Below the pieces are notes generated by a model that was not told the DNA's origin, did no database searches, and saw only the letters and a program-made list of their open reading frames with translations. From an uncultured Planctomycetota bacterium (GTDB lineage: Bacteria; Planctomycetota; Planctomycetia; Gemmatales; Gemmataceae): a stretch of DNA of 64,000 bases. This document shows, in pieces, positions 1-11,003 of this stretch; position 1 is the stretch's first letter, and every line of letters begins with the position of its first letter. The position numbers were made by a program, and so were the translations under genes. Location of the stretch: positions 32,001 to 96,000 of the forward strand of contig CAWKHF010000003.1 in the NCBI GenBank assembly GCA_963849325.1. Reading direction: 5' to 3'.

Positions 1-1539
1 CGCGGTACGGCGGGGCTACCGACCAGAATTCGGCGTTCGTTATCGGCGGCCCGAAGATGGACGCGGTTCCGCTCGCCTCCCCCAAGCCGCTGGACCAGCT
101 CGTCTTGTACGAGCTGATGATCGACGACTTCACCGCGACAATCCTCGGGAACAAGGCACGCCTCGCCGTCGTCCGGGACAAGCTCGACTACCTCGCCGGC
201 CTGGGCGTCACCGCGATCCAGTTCATGCCCTGGACCCAGTGGACGGGAGAGAATTATGACTGGGGCTACACGCCCCAGGACTATTTCGGCGTAGCGCTCC
301 GCTACACGCTGAACCCGGCCGACGAGACCGAGAAGCTGTTCCTGCTCAAGCAGGTCATCGCCGAATGTCACTCCAGGGGAATACACGTCTTCCTCGACGG
401 AGTGTTCGACCACGTCACCGATACCGGGTCAGAAAACGGGTTTGGCTACTACTGGATCTGGGAAAATCCGGAAGATTCACCCTACATTGGCAACTTTGAA
501 CAACACCTTTTCGGCCTCGACCTCAATTTCGCGAATGGCTGCCTCGCCGATTTCATCTTCGACGTGTGCCGCTATTGGGTCGAAGAATTCGCCATTGATG
601 GTATCCGTTTCGACGACACTTTGGGCTTCTATGCACCTGAAGATCCGGAAAAGCACGGGCTGGCGACCCTGGTTACTCGCCTCCAATCGTGGCTGGGGGA
701 GAAGCATCTTGACAACTTCGCCCTCATCATCGAGCACTGGTGGGATTACCGTTCGATCGACGTGGTGAATAAGGTCGGCGTGACGAGCTGCTGGCTCGAC
801 CAGTTCCGCAGCCAGTCGCAGGGCTTCTTGCGGAATCGCCAGATCCAGCCGTCCATCATGCGGATGCTCGACTCGGCCCGGGATTTCGACAAGGGGCGGA
901 CCCCGGTCACCTACATCGAGAACCACGACCACGAGACGATTACCCTGAACGCCGGAAGCCGTGGCGAGTGGTGGCGGATGCAGCCCTACGCGATCGCACT
1001 GCTGACGGCTTCCGGCGCCCCGCAGATCCACGACGGGCAGGAGTTCGCCGAGATCTACCCGATGCCAGAGCAGGACGACAAGACCGCACCGGCGGATAGC
1101 ACGGACCCGTGGCGGAAGCGGGTCGTGCCGAGGCCGCTGCACTGGTCCAACCAGACGGATGGCCCCGGAAGCGCGCTGGTGAGCCTGTACCGTAAGCTCA
1201 TCGAGATCCGCCGCACGCACCCCGGCCTAACCTCGCCGGACTTTCACCCGCGGGGTTGGGACGAGTCGTGGACGAAGCGGGACCGTGACGGTTTCGGGAT
1301 CGACGTCTGAACACCAGGTAGTCGTCTATCACCGCTGGGGGACGATCGCGGACGGCAAGACCGAGAAGTTCTACGTCGTCCTGAATTTCTCACCGTACAC
1401 CCAGACGGTTGACATGTCGTTCCCTGACAACGACGGGTGGACGGATCTGCTGAGCGGATGGAAGCCGACAGTCAGCAATAACTGGCTTCGCGTCGATGTG
1501 GGGTCGAACTGGGGGCACATTTTCTACAAGTTGTATTGA
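1..1539 (+). CDS. GH13 alpha-amylase-family glycosidase (5' end outside window; apparent frameshift near 1305)
   Basis: Motifs LYELMIDDF, LDYLAGLGVTAIQFMP, WGYTPQDYF, FLDGVFDH, IDGIRFDD and YIENHD in ORF 57..1310. The C-terminal beta domain (VVVYHRWG...FYVVLNFS) continues in frame 1285..1539. Confidence 0.85.
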
Positions 1540-1845
1540 GGCAGGCGGGTTCGATGGGTAGGCCGGAGCGGGCAGCGGCGGTTCCGCAATCGTCAGGTCG
1601 GCCATCTGGTTGCCCTCTCACGCATGGCTCGCCGCCGCGTGGTCATGGGCGTTTCCTTTTCACAGTATCTGATAGCGAAATCAGGTTGTAGTCGTATGAC
1701 TGGTCGTGTTCTATATATCCGTGTAGCAGCCGAGTGTCCTCTTCACCGAAATAATGGTGCAGGTAAAGGCTGAAATGGTCTACCAGCAGCAAGCCCGGGA
1801 CGCAACCGCGGTCGTGCCGACTCCCGCCCCATCTTCGAGACTATC

Positions 1846-2028
1846 GGGAAGCGGCCGTGGCGTTACCGCTGGCCGGACGACTTCCGCGACGAGGTGCTGG
1901 CCCGCCTGCTGGAGTTGAACGAGCAACGCGCCGAGCACGAAGCGTTGGCCGGTCCCGCCGAGAAGCCGAAGAAAGGGCGCGGCAACAAAGCCCTTCGACG
2001 ACCGCCTGAACCTCCCGGGCTGTTCTAA
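1846..2028 (+). pseudogene. C-terminal remnant of a type IIG/IIL (Eco57I/MmeI-like) restriction-methylase
   Basis: Hand translation GKRPWRYRWPDDFRDEVLARLLELNEQRAEHEAL...LF* resembles the typical C-terminus of these enzymes; no upstream body is present. Confidence 0.55.
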
Positions 2029-2079
2029 CGCTCCGCCGCTTGTTACGATCAAAACCATCCCAATTCGAGAGGAGGAGCG

Positions 2080-2208
2080 ATGACACTCGAAGGCACCGTG
2101 GTCAATGGCGTGATTGTGTTGGATGGCGGAGCGCGGCTGCCCGAGGACGAGCGCGTGCGCATCGAGCTGTTGGACGACGACACGGTTGCTCCGCCGCCGG
2201 AGCCTTAG
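2080..2208 (+). CDS. Small antitoxin-like protein (AF2212/DUF104-like), possibly truncated
   Basis: GGAGGAG RBS, then ATG; translates MTLEGTVVNGVIVLDGGARLPEDERVRIELL...; no partner toxin follows. Confidence 0.45.
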   Translation: MTLEGTVVNGVIVLDGGARLPEDERVRIELLDDDTVAPPPEP

Positions 2209-2300
2209 CGGAATCGTTCCGGTCCCCCCGCGCAAACCACCTGAAAGTCCAATTCCTCAACCAGACGCTCCGCGTTCCGGACCAAATGGAAGAGACTGGC

Positions 2301-3902
2301 TCACTTCTTCCGCGGCGGCGCGTCGGCGAACGGCGGCCTCTCGAATCGGCAGTTCGGCTCCACGAGCCGCGGATCGCCCGCGTCCGTGAGGATCTGCGTC
2401 AGCCGCTCCGAGAGTTGCTTCCGCGTCGCCGCATACGCCTTGTCGCCGACCACGTTCTTCATCTGATCCGGGTCGAACCGGAGGTCGTAAAGCTCCTCCG
2501 CCGGACGCTTGCCGAAGGCCAAGTCGTAATGCCGCTTCCACGCTTTGTCGTGGCGATGCGCAATCAGCCACGCCTTGGTCGGACTGGCATCCAGATCGGC
2601 GAACGCGATGCGCGTGTCGTTCTCCAACACGCTGGCCGCCGGCGCCTTCTCTGCCGTCACGTACTTCGGATCTCCCAGCGGATAGCGGTCGGGAGCGAAG
2701 TTGCGGATGTACAGGAAGTCCTTGGTGCGCAGTGCCCGTTGTGGGTACGGCTTATTTCCCTCGCGCGCGTCATCCACGTGACGCTCTCGCCCCGTCACCA
2801 CCCCGGTGCGTTCCGGGTCCACCTGACCGGACTTCTTCGAGGTGAGTACGGGCCAAAGAGACTTCGCGTTCAGGCCAGCGGGATGCTTCACCCCGGCGAC
2901 GTCGAAGAACGTCGGTGCGAGGTCCATCAGGTTCACAAAGTCCTCCAGCACGCGCGGCCCGCGCACGCCCGGTCCCGCCGCCACCAGCGCCACGGCGGTG
3001 CCGAAGTCGTACAGGTTGCACTTGCTGCCGGGAAAGCCGCCCGCACCGTGATCGCCGCTGATTACCACCAGTGTGCGTTCGAGCTCGCCAGCGTCCTTCA
3101 GCTGTCGCAGCAGCACGCCCACGTAGGCGTCGAATGCTTGTGTTTCGCCGAGATAGTCGGCGAAGTCCTCACGCACCTCCGGCACATCGGGCAGGAACTT
3201 CGGCAGCTTGCCCTGGAGCGATTCCGGATCAATTCCCCACAGGTCCTTACCGGAGCCCTTCACCCAGGTGCGGTGCGTATTGGTGGGGCCGAACCAGAAG
3301 AAGAACGGCTGGTTGGCGACGCGGGCCTTGAGGAAGGCGGCAAAGTTGCCCTCCACTTGCCCAAGCAGGTCGGCCCGCGCCTGCGCGACGCTCTTGCCGT
3401 TCCTGACTGACTGGGTTGCCCGTGCGGAAAACCGGTTGAAGGCCATGCCCGCTTTCTGAAAGGCATACTGTTGTTGGCCGATCGGCGCGTCCACCGGCGT
3501 GCCGGGACTCCAGACCTTGCCTGACTTGCCAATCTGGTAGCCCGCGTCCCGCAGCAGCAGCGGGAAAGCCGGGATACTCTGGTCCCAGACGGCCCCGAGC
3601 AGGATGGCTCCGCGGCCGGTGTTGAAGAAGTAGCGGCCGCTGAGCAGCGAGCTACGGCACGGCGTACAGGAGGGGGCCGGAACAAAGGCGTTGCGAAACA
3701 ACACCCCGCGAGCCGCGACCGCATCGATGTTCGGCGTATGGACGACGCGGTTGGCCGTCGGCCTGGCGTCGAGCGCCGCGTAGGCTGAGGCATAGCGGCC
3801 CCAGTCGTCGGCAAAGCAGAAGAGGATGTTCGGACGCTCCGCCGCCGTGGCCTGGCTGGCGAGCAAGAGGGCAGTGAGAAGGCAAACGGGAGAGGCGTGC
3901 AT
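2301..3902 (-). CDS. Secreted formylglycine-dependent sulfatase
   Basis: Signal peptide, then PNILFCFADDWG, CTPCRSSLLSG (CxPxR), SGDHG and ELYDLRFDP. Confidence 0.92.
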   Translation of the reverse strand: MHASPVCLLTALLLASQATAAERPNILFCFADDWGRYASAYAALDARPTANRVVHTPNIDAVAARGVLFRNAFVPAPSCTPCRSSLLSGRYFFNTGRGAILLGAVWDQSIPAFPLLLRDAGYQIGKSGKVWSPGTPVDAPIGQQQYAFQKAGMAFNRFSARATQSVRNGKSVAQARADLLGQVEGNFAAFLKARVANQPFFFWFGPTNTHRTWVKGSGKDLWGIDPESLQGKLPKFLPDVPEVREDFADYLGETQAFDAYVGVLLRQLKDAGELERTLVVISGDHGAGGFPGSKCNLYDFGTAVALVAAGPGVRGPRVLEDFVNLMDLAPTFFDVAGVKHPAGLNAKSLWPVLTSKKSGQVDPERTGVVTGRERHVDDAREGNKPYPQRALRTKDFLYIRNFAPDRYPLGDPKYVTAEKAPAASVLENDTRIAFADLDASPTKAWLIAHRHDKAWKRHYDLAFGKRPAEELYDLRFDPDQMKNVVGDKAYAATRKQLSERLTQILTDAGDPRLVEPNCRFERPPFADAPPRKK

Positions 3903-4129
3903 TGCTGTTCTCGTTCTCAGGGAATGGTTGCTTTTCCTTGGCGGGCGACCGATTGTCCCATGTCGGTGCGACCCGCTCGCCCTTTCAGGTGTCGAGCTGC
4001 TTCCGCAGCGCGGCACGTTCGTTGGGCTTCTTACCGGCAGCGCGTCGAAAAAAGTTCGCGTCCTGCAACTACCTCTTCTGAAACAGACTCCTACTGCCAG
4101 AACGGGGGACTCATTCGCTCACGGATCGA

Positions 4130-7100
4130 TCATTGCCCACTGTTCTCCAGCTGGCTCGCAATAGTCAGGCCTGAGAGGATGGCTTCCAGCCCCAAAGGGC
4201 CTGTAAGCGGATAAAGAGAACCAATCGCCCCGAGCAACTCGGGGACCGTCCCCGGAATCGACTCGTGCAAGAAGAACTGAGAGAACAAGTTCAGCTCCAG
4301 CAGCGCGGTGGGGTTGTTTTGTAACACCAGCGCGGCCGCGTCGAGCACAAGTTCCAGGTCCGCCACCTGGGGTGGAAGCGACGGTGAGGCGGGCGGCGGC
4401 GGCGCGACGTTGAGGTTGCCAAGGGCAGAACTGCCGTTGAAGTGGCCGCTGCCGTCCGAATAGGTCTCGATCAACGAGTAGTTGCCCGGTGACAGATTGG
4501 CTGGGAACGAGACCGGCACGACCGCGGCTCCGCCCGACACGCTTGCCGAGCCGACGACGGTGCTCGTTCCGCCATTCACTAAGCTGATGGTCACGGTGCC
4601 GCCGTTGACCGTACCGGCAGGGCTGTTGACCAGGACGGGGACGGTCGTCGCTCCGCCGCTGCCGTCGATGACGGCGTTGCCCGGAATAATGCTGGTCGGT
4701 CCCGTGGGCACGGCGTTCACGGTCAACATGCCGAAGGCGCTGGTGCCGGAGAATGGCCCGCCCGCCGGGTCGGAATAGCTCTCGACCAACTGGTAGGTAG
4801 CGGCCGGAAGGGCCGCGATGTCGCTGAGGATTGCGGGGTCCGACACCGTTACGTTGGCGACGCCGCCCGAGACGTTTACGGGCGTCGTCGTCAGGTTGAT
4901 GGTGGTGCCGGATACCAGGCTGACCGTTACGGCACCCGTGTTGACCGTGCCGGCGGGGCTGTTGACTCCCACCGCGATCGTAAAGGGCGAGTTGCTGCCG
5001 ACCGTGATGCTGACACTGCCGGGCACGACTGTGGTGGCCTCGGCCGTTACTGTCAGCGTGCCAAACGCGCTACTGCTGGGGAAGGAAGAGCCGGCCGAAC
5101 CGGTATAGGTCTCGTCCAGCTGGTATGCGCCGGTTGGCAGGGCCGCGATCGCCGCGAGGGCTGCGGGGTCCGATACACTCACGTTGGCCATGCCCCCTGC
5201 TACGCTGACGGGTGACGGCGTCAGATCCACGGTGGTGTTGCCGGCGATCAGGCTGATGGTCACGCTGCCGCCGTTGACCGTCCCGTTGGGGCTGTTGACC
5301 GCCACCGCGACGGTGAAGGGCGAGTTGCTGCCGAGGTTGACGCTGGCATTCCCCGCCACCACGGTGGTCGAGGTGGAAACCACCGTCAGCGTGCCCGAGG
5401 CGCTGCTGCCGATGAACGGGGGACTGCCGGAGTAGGTCTCGACCAATTGGTAGGTTCCCAGCAACAGGTTGGCCGGCAACGCGCCGGCCGCCACCGACAC
5501 CGTTGCCGTGCCGCCCGACACCGTCCCGGTGCCTAGCGCCGTGGTGGTGTTGCCCGAGACCAGGCTGACCGACACGCTGCCGCTGTTGACCGTGCCCTGG
5601 GGGCTGTTGACTCCCACCGAAATGGTGAAGGGGGATTGGCTGTTGAGGTTGACGCTGGCATTGCCCGGGACAACGGTCGTCGCTGCCGAGGATACCGTCA
5701 GCGTGCCGTCGGCGATGGCGTTGCCGAACGGCCCTCCCGCGACGCCGGTGTAGCTCTCGATCAACTGGTAAGTGCCGGCTTGCAAACCCGTGATCGCCGC
5801 AAGGGCCGCCGAGGATGTTACCGTCACGTTGGCCACGCCGCCGGACACGGCGACGGGGGTCGGCGTCAGGTTAATGGTCGATCCGCCGGCGATCAGGCTG
5901 ATGGTCACGCTGCCGCCGTTGACCGTCCCGTTGGGGCTGTTGACCGTCACCGGGATGGTGAAGAGGGAGTTGCTGCCGAGGTTGACGCCGGCATTCCCCG
6001 CTACCACCGTGGTCGTCGTGGAAACCACTGTCAGCGCGCCCGAGGCGCTGGTGGAACCGAATTGTCCTCCCGCAATGTCGTTGTAGGTTTCGACGAGCTG
6101 GTAGGTGCCCGGCTGCAGGTTGGCCGGCAGGACGCCGGCCGCCACCGACAGGGTGGCCGTGCCGCCGGCGCTCATGCTCGCCGTGCCCAGCGCCGTGGTG
6201 GTGTTGCCCGAGACCAACGCGAAGGACACGCTACCAGTGCTGACCGTGCCGGCCGGACTGTTGACGGCCGCCACCAGCTGGAAGGCCGGCGACGGGGAGC
6301 CGCCGTAGTAGTTGACGCTGCCGTTGCCGGCGACGACCGAGGTGGAGGCGCTGCTGTTGACCGTCAGCGTACCCAGGGCGCCGCTGCCGGCGAACGGCGG
6401 GCTGCCGGAGTAGGTCTCCACCAGTTGGTAGGTGCTCGGCTGCAGGTTGGCCGGCAGCGTCCCGGCCGCCACCGACACCGTCGCCGTGCCGCCGGTCACC
6501 GACGCCGTGCCCAGCGCCGTGGTCGTGTTGTTCGCCACCAGGCTGACGGAGACCGTGCCGCCGCTGACCGTGCCCAGGGGACTGTTGACGGCCACGGCGA
6601 TCGAAAACGCCGGCGACGGTGTGCTGCCGTAGTGATTGACACCGGCATTGCCGGCGACGACGGTGCTCCCCGAACTGGTTATCGTCAGCGTACCCTGGGC
6701 GGTGCTGCCGGCGAACGGGGAATTGCCGGAGTAGGTTTCGACGAACTGGTAGGTGCCCGGCTGCAGGTTGGCCGGCAAAGTCCCGGCCGCCACCGACACC
6801 GTTGCGGTTCCTCCCGAGACCGTCGCGGTGCCCAGCGACGTGGTGGTGTTGTTCGCCACCAGACTGAGGGAGACGCTGCCGCCGCCGACCGTGCCGTCGG
6901 GGCTGTTGACACCGACTACTACCTGGAACGCCGGCGACGTGGCACTCCCGTAGAAGTTGAGGCTGGCGTTCCCAGCGGCAACCGTGGTCGCGGAGCTGAT
7001 TACCGTCAGCGTGCCCTGGGCGGAGGCACTGCCGAATTGTCCTCCCGCAATGTCGTTGTAGGTTTCGACGAGTTGGTAGGTGCCCGGCTGGAGGTTGGCC

Positions 7101-10100
7101 GGCAGGGCGCCGGCCGCCACCGACAGGGTGGCCGTGCCGCCGGCGCTCATGCTCGCCGTGCCCAGCGCCGTGGTGGTGTTGCCCGAGACCAGCGCGAAGG
7201 ACACGCCGCCGGTGGCGACGGTGCCCGACGGGCTGTTGACGGCCGCCACCAGCTGGAAGGCCGGCGACGGGGAGCCGCCGTAGTAGTTGACGCTGCCGTT
7301 GCCGGCGACGACCGAGGTGGAGGCGCTGCTGTTGACCGTCAGCGTGCCCAGGGCGCCGCTGCCGGCGAACGGTGGGCTGCCGGAGTAGGTCTCGACGAGC
7401 TGGTAGGTGCCCGGCAGCAGGTTGGCCGGCAGCGTTCCGGCCGCCACCGACACCGTCGCCGTGCCGCCGGTCACCGACGCCGTGCCCAGCGCCGTGGTCG
7501 TGTTGTTCGCCACCAGGCTGACGGAGACCGTGCCGCCGCTGACCGTGCCCTGGGGGCTGTTGACCCTCACCGCGACCTGGAAGGCCGGCGATGTGGCGCT
7601 GCCGTAAAAGGCAAGGCTGGCGTTGCCGGCGGCGACGGTGGTCGCGGAGCTGTTTACCGTCAGCGTGCCCTGGGCGGTGCTGCCGGCGAACGGGCCACCC
7701 GCCGGATCGGTGTAGGTTTCGACCAGCTGGTAGGTTCCCGGCTGGAGGTTGGCGGGCAGGGCACCCGCCGCCACCGACACGGTAGCCGTGCCGCCCGAGA
7801 CCGACGCCGTGCCCAGCGCCGTGGTCGTGTTGCCCGAGACCAGGCTGACCGACACGCTGCCGCCGCTGACCGTGCCGTTGGGGCTGTTGACCCCCACCGC
7901 GACCTGGAAGGACGGAGATGTGGCACTCCCGTAGAAGTTGAGGCTGGCGTTGCCGGCGGCGACCGTGGTCGGGGAAAGGTTTACCGTCAGGGTGCCGGTG
8001 CCGCTGCTGCTGGCGAACGGGGAGTTGCCGGAGTAACTCTCGATCAGCTGGTAGCTGCCCGGCTGCAGGTTGGCGGGCAGAGTACCGGCCGCCACGGTGA
8101 TGCTGGCCGTGCCGCTCGTCACTGTTCCCGTGCCGACTGCCGTGGTGGTGTTGTTCGCCACCAGTTTGACGGACACGGTGCCGCCGTTGACCGTGCCCTC
8201 CGGGCTGTTGACCGGGACGGTGAGAGTGAACGCCGGCGAGGTGGCGCCGTAGAAGTTGAGGCTGGCGTTGCCGCCGACAACCGTGGTCTGGTCGGTGGTG
8301 ACCGTCAGCGTGCCGAAGCCGGTGCTGTCCTGGAAATTGTCGGCGCCGCCGAAGGTCTCCTTCATCTGGTAGGTGCCGACGGGGAGGCTGCCGGGAATGA
8401 GCGTGCTCGTTACCGCTGCGGTGCCGTTGACGACGGAGAAGTTCCCGAGGTTGATGGAGGGTAAGCCGTTGACCAGCACCGTGACCGACACCGAGCCGGT
8501 GCCGTTCACTTCGCCGCCGGAGCTGGAGACGCCCACGTCAAAGGTCACGCCCGCGCTGCCGGCAGGGACCGTGTCGTTGCCGGCAACGATCGAGGTCGTC
8601 GGGGTGGTTTGCGTGGCGCTGACCGTCAGCGTGGCCAGGGCGTTGTTGGAGGCGAAGGAGGCGTTGCCCGAATAGGTCTCGAGGAGTTCGTAATCGCCGG
8701 CTTGCAAATTGGCGGGGAGGGCGCCGGCCGCCACGCTCACCGTGGCGACGCCATTGACGCCTACGTCCGCCGTGCCCAGCGGGGTGGACGTGTTGTTGGC
8801 GACCAGGGTGAGGGAGACGGTCCCGCCGAGGGCCGAGCCGCCAGAGACGGCGTTGACCGCTACAGAGACCTGAAAGGCCGGCGAAGGGTTCGTCCCATAG
8901 AAGGCGACGGAGGCGTTGGCCGGGACGACCGCGGTTGCCATCTGGGTCGAGGAGCCCAACGGCTGGACGGCCCCGAGAGTGATGGAACCGCTCGCGGTCC
9001 CGTTGGTCGTGCGGAGATCGCCGATCTCGTCGGTGGCCGGGGTATGTCCTTCGGCGGCGGCGATGGTTCCCAGGACGCCGGTGGTTCCCGCGTTGATCGA
9101 GACGGCGCCACTCTGGACCGGATAGTAGATGGGTCCGCCGGTGGGGTTGCCGCTGCCGTTGACACCCACGACGCTGCCCAGCTGTGCCGAGCTGTTGTTG
9201 AGGATGTTGGTCGCGCCGCTGACCGTGGTACCCGGGTTGACGGCGGTGATGAAGTTGTGGGTGGCGTTCGTCAAGGGTTCGACGGTATTTCCGTTGCCGG
9301 CGATGCTGGACAGGTCATTCTCGACGTCGGCAGGGGCCTGAGTCACGTTCTGATTGCCCTGGATCAGATTGTTGAGGAGGGTGGGATCGCAATTGGGTCC
9401 GCCGGAAGTGGTGCTTACGATAGCAATGCCGCCGCCATTACCCCCGGGTCCGAAAAAGGTATTCTGCGTGATGGTGTTGTTGTCGAGAGTGACCGTCGTC
9501 CCAGGGTCGTTATCGTAGATACCGCCGCCGCTGGCCAGGACAGAGCCGCCCGGACCCGTTCCACCATAGGCTCTGTTCTTGGCCACGGTGTTGTTGACGA
9601 GCGTCAGGGTGCCGGAATTAAAAAACAATCCCCCGCCGAAAGCATTGCCGCCACCCCCATTCGTTCCCGTCACGCCGGCGGAACTGCCGGTGGGGCCTGC
9701 GCGGCCGCCCGCTGCGCCATCTCCTCCGAGGGCGCTGTTGTGATAGAAGGTTGTGTTGCCGATGTTGCCGGTTACGGGGCCGGTGATGAAGAGTCCTCCG
9801 CCGAAGACGCGTCCGCCGTCGCCGCCGTTCCCGCCGTTGCCGGCGCGGACGGAGGTTGCGGCCCCACCGACGCCACCTGTCCCGCCGTCGCCGCCCTCGG
9901 CCGTGTTGTTAATCAAGGTGGAAGGATCGTCAAGCGGTGCGGCGAGGTCGTTGAGGATCGTCAATGTGCCGGAGCCGTTGACGTACAGACCGCCGCCATC
10001 GGCGGGGCCGCCGTTGCCCCCATCGCCGCCGTTGCCGCCGTTTCCGTTACTGCCGTTCACCCCGTTGCCGCCGGCGCCGCCTTTCGCCGTGTTTCCTGAA

Positions 10101-10939
10101 ATCGTGTCCCCCTCGAACGTCAGCGACCACCCGTTCCCCAGGGCCAGCAACCCGCCGCCGGCCCCCGTGCCGCCCGTTCCGCCGCCGGACCCCGCAGTCG
10201 TTGGAGAGAACCCCACGCCGCCCAGAGCGCTATTGTTGCTCAGGGTGCTGTCGATGATCTGCACCGTGCCGGGACCGGTGACGAATACGCCCCCGCCGAT
10301 TGCGTTTCCTGCGTTGGGCGAAGCGCTGGCTCCATTGAAACCCTGGGCGACATTATCGCTGATCGAGGAGTCCTTGACGGTCAGCGTACCCTGTCCGGAG
10401 AAGAACACGCCGCCCCCGTCGGCATTGTGTGTTTTGTCTCCCGTAACGGTATTGCCCTGGATCGTTACGTGGTTGAGCGAGACGTTGCCGCCCTTGACAT
10501 CGAGAGCACCACCGTCGATGCTCGCGCTGCCGCCCGTGAGCGTCAGGTTGTCCAGTGTCACGTTCTGGCCACTCGTAACAGAGAACAGGCGGTTGCCGTT
10601 GCCGGTCAGCGTCTCGTTGTTGCCGTTCTGCCCCTGGATGGTCAGGGTGGAACCGGAACCCAGGGACGAGATGGTCGCCTGCTGACCCGCCGTGAAGGTG
10701 AAGCTGTTGGTGATGTTGATGACGTAGTCGGTGTTGGCGGCCGTGTCCCCCGCGACCAGGCCGGTGAGCTGGGTGAAGCCGCCGGCCGACTGCGTCACGG
10801 TCGCGTTCGGTGTCACGCGCTCTTCGAGAGATTCCAGGATCGGGCGCACCGGCTTCCGCGTTTGCGCCGCCTGCCGGCGGCGTAGGTTCCGGGAGGTCCG
10901 CAGGCCCAGCAGCTTGTGAATCCAACGAGAACAAAGCAT
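4130..10939 (-). CDS. Giant extracellular adhesin-like protein (~2270 aa): planctomycete leader, Gly-rich/GGAL beta-helix region, 14 Ig-like (Big_3-like) repeats, hydrophobic C-terminal tail
   Basis: N-terminus RRRQ...PILESLEERVTP; repeated GGG(L/V/I) and NxAxGG motifs; 14 ~105-110 aa repeats ending YQLVETY...GTLTV; Pro-rich linker before a Leu-rich tail. Confidence 0.85.
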   Translation of the reverse strand: MLCSRWIHKLLGLRTSRNLRRRQAAQTRKPVRPILESLEERVTPNATVTQSAGGFTQLTGLVAGDTAANTDYVINITNSFTFTAGQQATISSLGSGSTLTIQGQNGNNETLTGNGNRLFSVTSGQNVTLDNLTLTGGSASIDGGALDVKGGNVSLNHVTIQGNTVTGDKTHNADGGGVFFSGQGTLTVKDSSISDNVAQGFNGASASPNAGNAIGGGVFVTGPGTVQIIDSTLSNNSALGGVGFSPTTAGSGGGTGGTGAGGGLLALGNGWSLTFEGDTISGNTAKGGAGGNGVNGSNGNGGNGGDGGNGGPADGGGLYVNGSGTLTILNDLAAPLDDPSTLINNTAEGGDGGTGGVGGAATSVRAGNGGNGGDGGRVFGGGLFITGPVTGNIGNTTFYHNSALGGDGAAGGRAGPTGSSAGVTGTNGGGGNAFGGGLFFNSGTLTLVNNTVAKNRAYGGTGPGGSVLASGGGIYDNDPGTTVTLDNNTITQNTFFGPGGNGGGIAIVSTTSGGPNCDPTLLNNLIQGNQNVTQAPADVENDLSSIAGNGNTVEPLTNATHNFITAVNPGTTVSGATNILNNSSAQLGSVVGVNGSGNPTGGPIYYPVQSGAVSINAGTTGVLGTIAAAEGHTPATDEIGDLRTTNGTASGSITLGAVQPLGSSTQMATAVVPANASVAFYGTNPSPAFQVSVAVNAVSGGSALGGTVSLTLVANNTSTPLGTADVGVNGVATVSVAAGALPANLQAGDYELLETYSGNASFASNNALATLTVSATQTTPTTSIVAGNDTVPAGSAGVTFDVGVSSSGGEVNGTGSVSVTVLVNGLPSINLGNFSVVNGTAAVTSTLIPGSLPVGTYQMKETFGGADNFQDSTGFGTLTVTTDQTTVVGGNASLNFYGATSPAFTLTVPVNSPEGTVNGGTVSVKLVANNTTTAVGTGTVTSGTASITVAAGTLPANLQPGSYQLIESYSGNSPFASSSGTGTLTVNLSPTTVAAGNASLNFYGSATSPSFQVAVGVNSPNGTVSGGSVSVSLVSGNTTTALGTASVSGGTATVSVAAGALPANLQPGTYQLVETYTDPAGGPFAGSTAQGTLTVNSSATTVAAGNASLAFYGSATSPAFQVAVRVNSPQGTVSGGTVSVSLVANNTTTALGTASVTGGTATVSVAAGTLPANLLPGTYQLVETYSGSPPFAGSGALGTLTVNSSASTSVVAGNGSVNYYGGSPSPAFQLVAAVNSPSGTVATGGVSFALVSGNTTTALGTASMSAGGTATLSVAAGALPANLQPGTYQLVETYNDIAGGQFGSASAQGTLTVISSATTVAAGNASLNFYGSATSPAFQVVVGVNSPDGTVGGGSVSLSLVANNTTTSLGTATVSGGTATVSVAAGTLPANLQPGTYQFVETYSGNSPFAGSTAQGTLTITSSGSTVVAGNAGVNHYGSTPSPAFSIAVAVNSPLGTVSGGTVSVSLVANNTTTALGTASVTGGTATVSVAAGTLPANLQPSTYQLVETYSGSPPFAGSGALGTLTVNSSASTSVVAGNGSVNYYGGSPSPAFQLVAAVNSPAGTVSTGSVSFALVSGNTTTALGTASMSAGGTATLSVAAGVLPANLQPGTYQLVETYNDIAGGQFGSTSASGALTVVSTTTTVVAGNAGVNLGSNSLFTIPVTVNSPNGTVNGGSVTISLIAGGSTINLTPTPVAVSGGVANVTVTSSAALAAITGLQAGTYQLIESYTGVAGGPFGNAIADGTLTVSSAATTVVPGNASVNLNSQSPFTISVGVNSPQGTVNSGSVSVSLVSGNTTTALGTGTVSGGTATVSVAAGALPANLLLGTYQLVETYSGSPPFIGSSASGTLTVVSTSTTVVAGNASVNLGSNSPFTVAVAVNSPNGTVNGGSVTISLIAGNTTVDLTPSPVSVAGGMANVSVSDPAALAAIAALPTGAYQLDETYTGSAGSSFPSSSAFGTLTVTAEATTVVPGSVSITVGSNSPFTIAVGVNSPAGTVNTGAVTVSLVSGTTINLTTTPVNVSGGVANVTVSDPAILSDIAALPAATYQLVESYSDPAGGPFSGTSAFGMLTVNAVPTGPTSIIPGNAVIDGSGGATTVPVLVNSPAGTVNGGTVTISLVNGGTSTVVGSASVSGGAAVVPVSFPANLSPGNYSLIETYSDGSGHFNGSSALGNLNVAPPPPASPSLPPQVADLELVLDAAALVLQNNPTALLELNLFSQFFLHESIPGTVPELLGAIGSLYPLTGPLGLEAILSGLTIASQLENSGQ
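6061..7550. repeat. Near-identical intragenic duplication (~0.5 kb block repeated at a 975-bp offset) inside the adhesin
   Basis: ~6061-6575 matches ~7036-7550 almost base for base. Confidence 0.85.
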
Positions 10940-11003
10940 GGTGCCTCTCTCCGTAATAAGAAGACATAATGGGTATCGAGGACCCGCTCTCCTCGCAGGG
11001 GCG

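Noticed and set aside
5636-10099. Long plus-strand ORFs (942 aa, 496 aa) and many short repeats of MPGCRLAG...
   Set aside because: Antisense shadows of the GC-rich repetitive adhesin gene.
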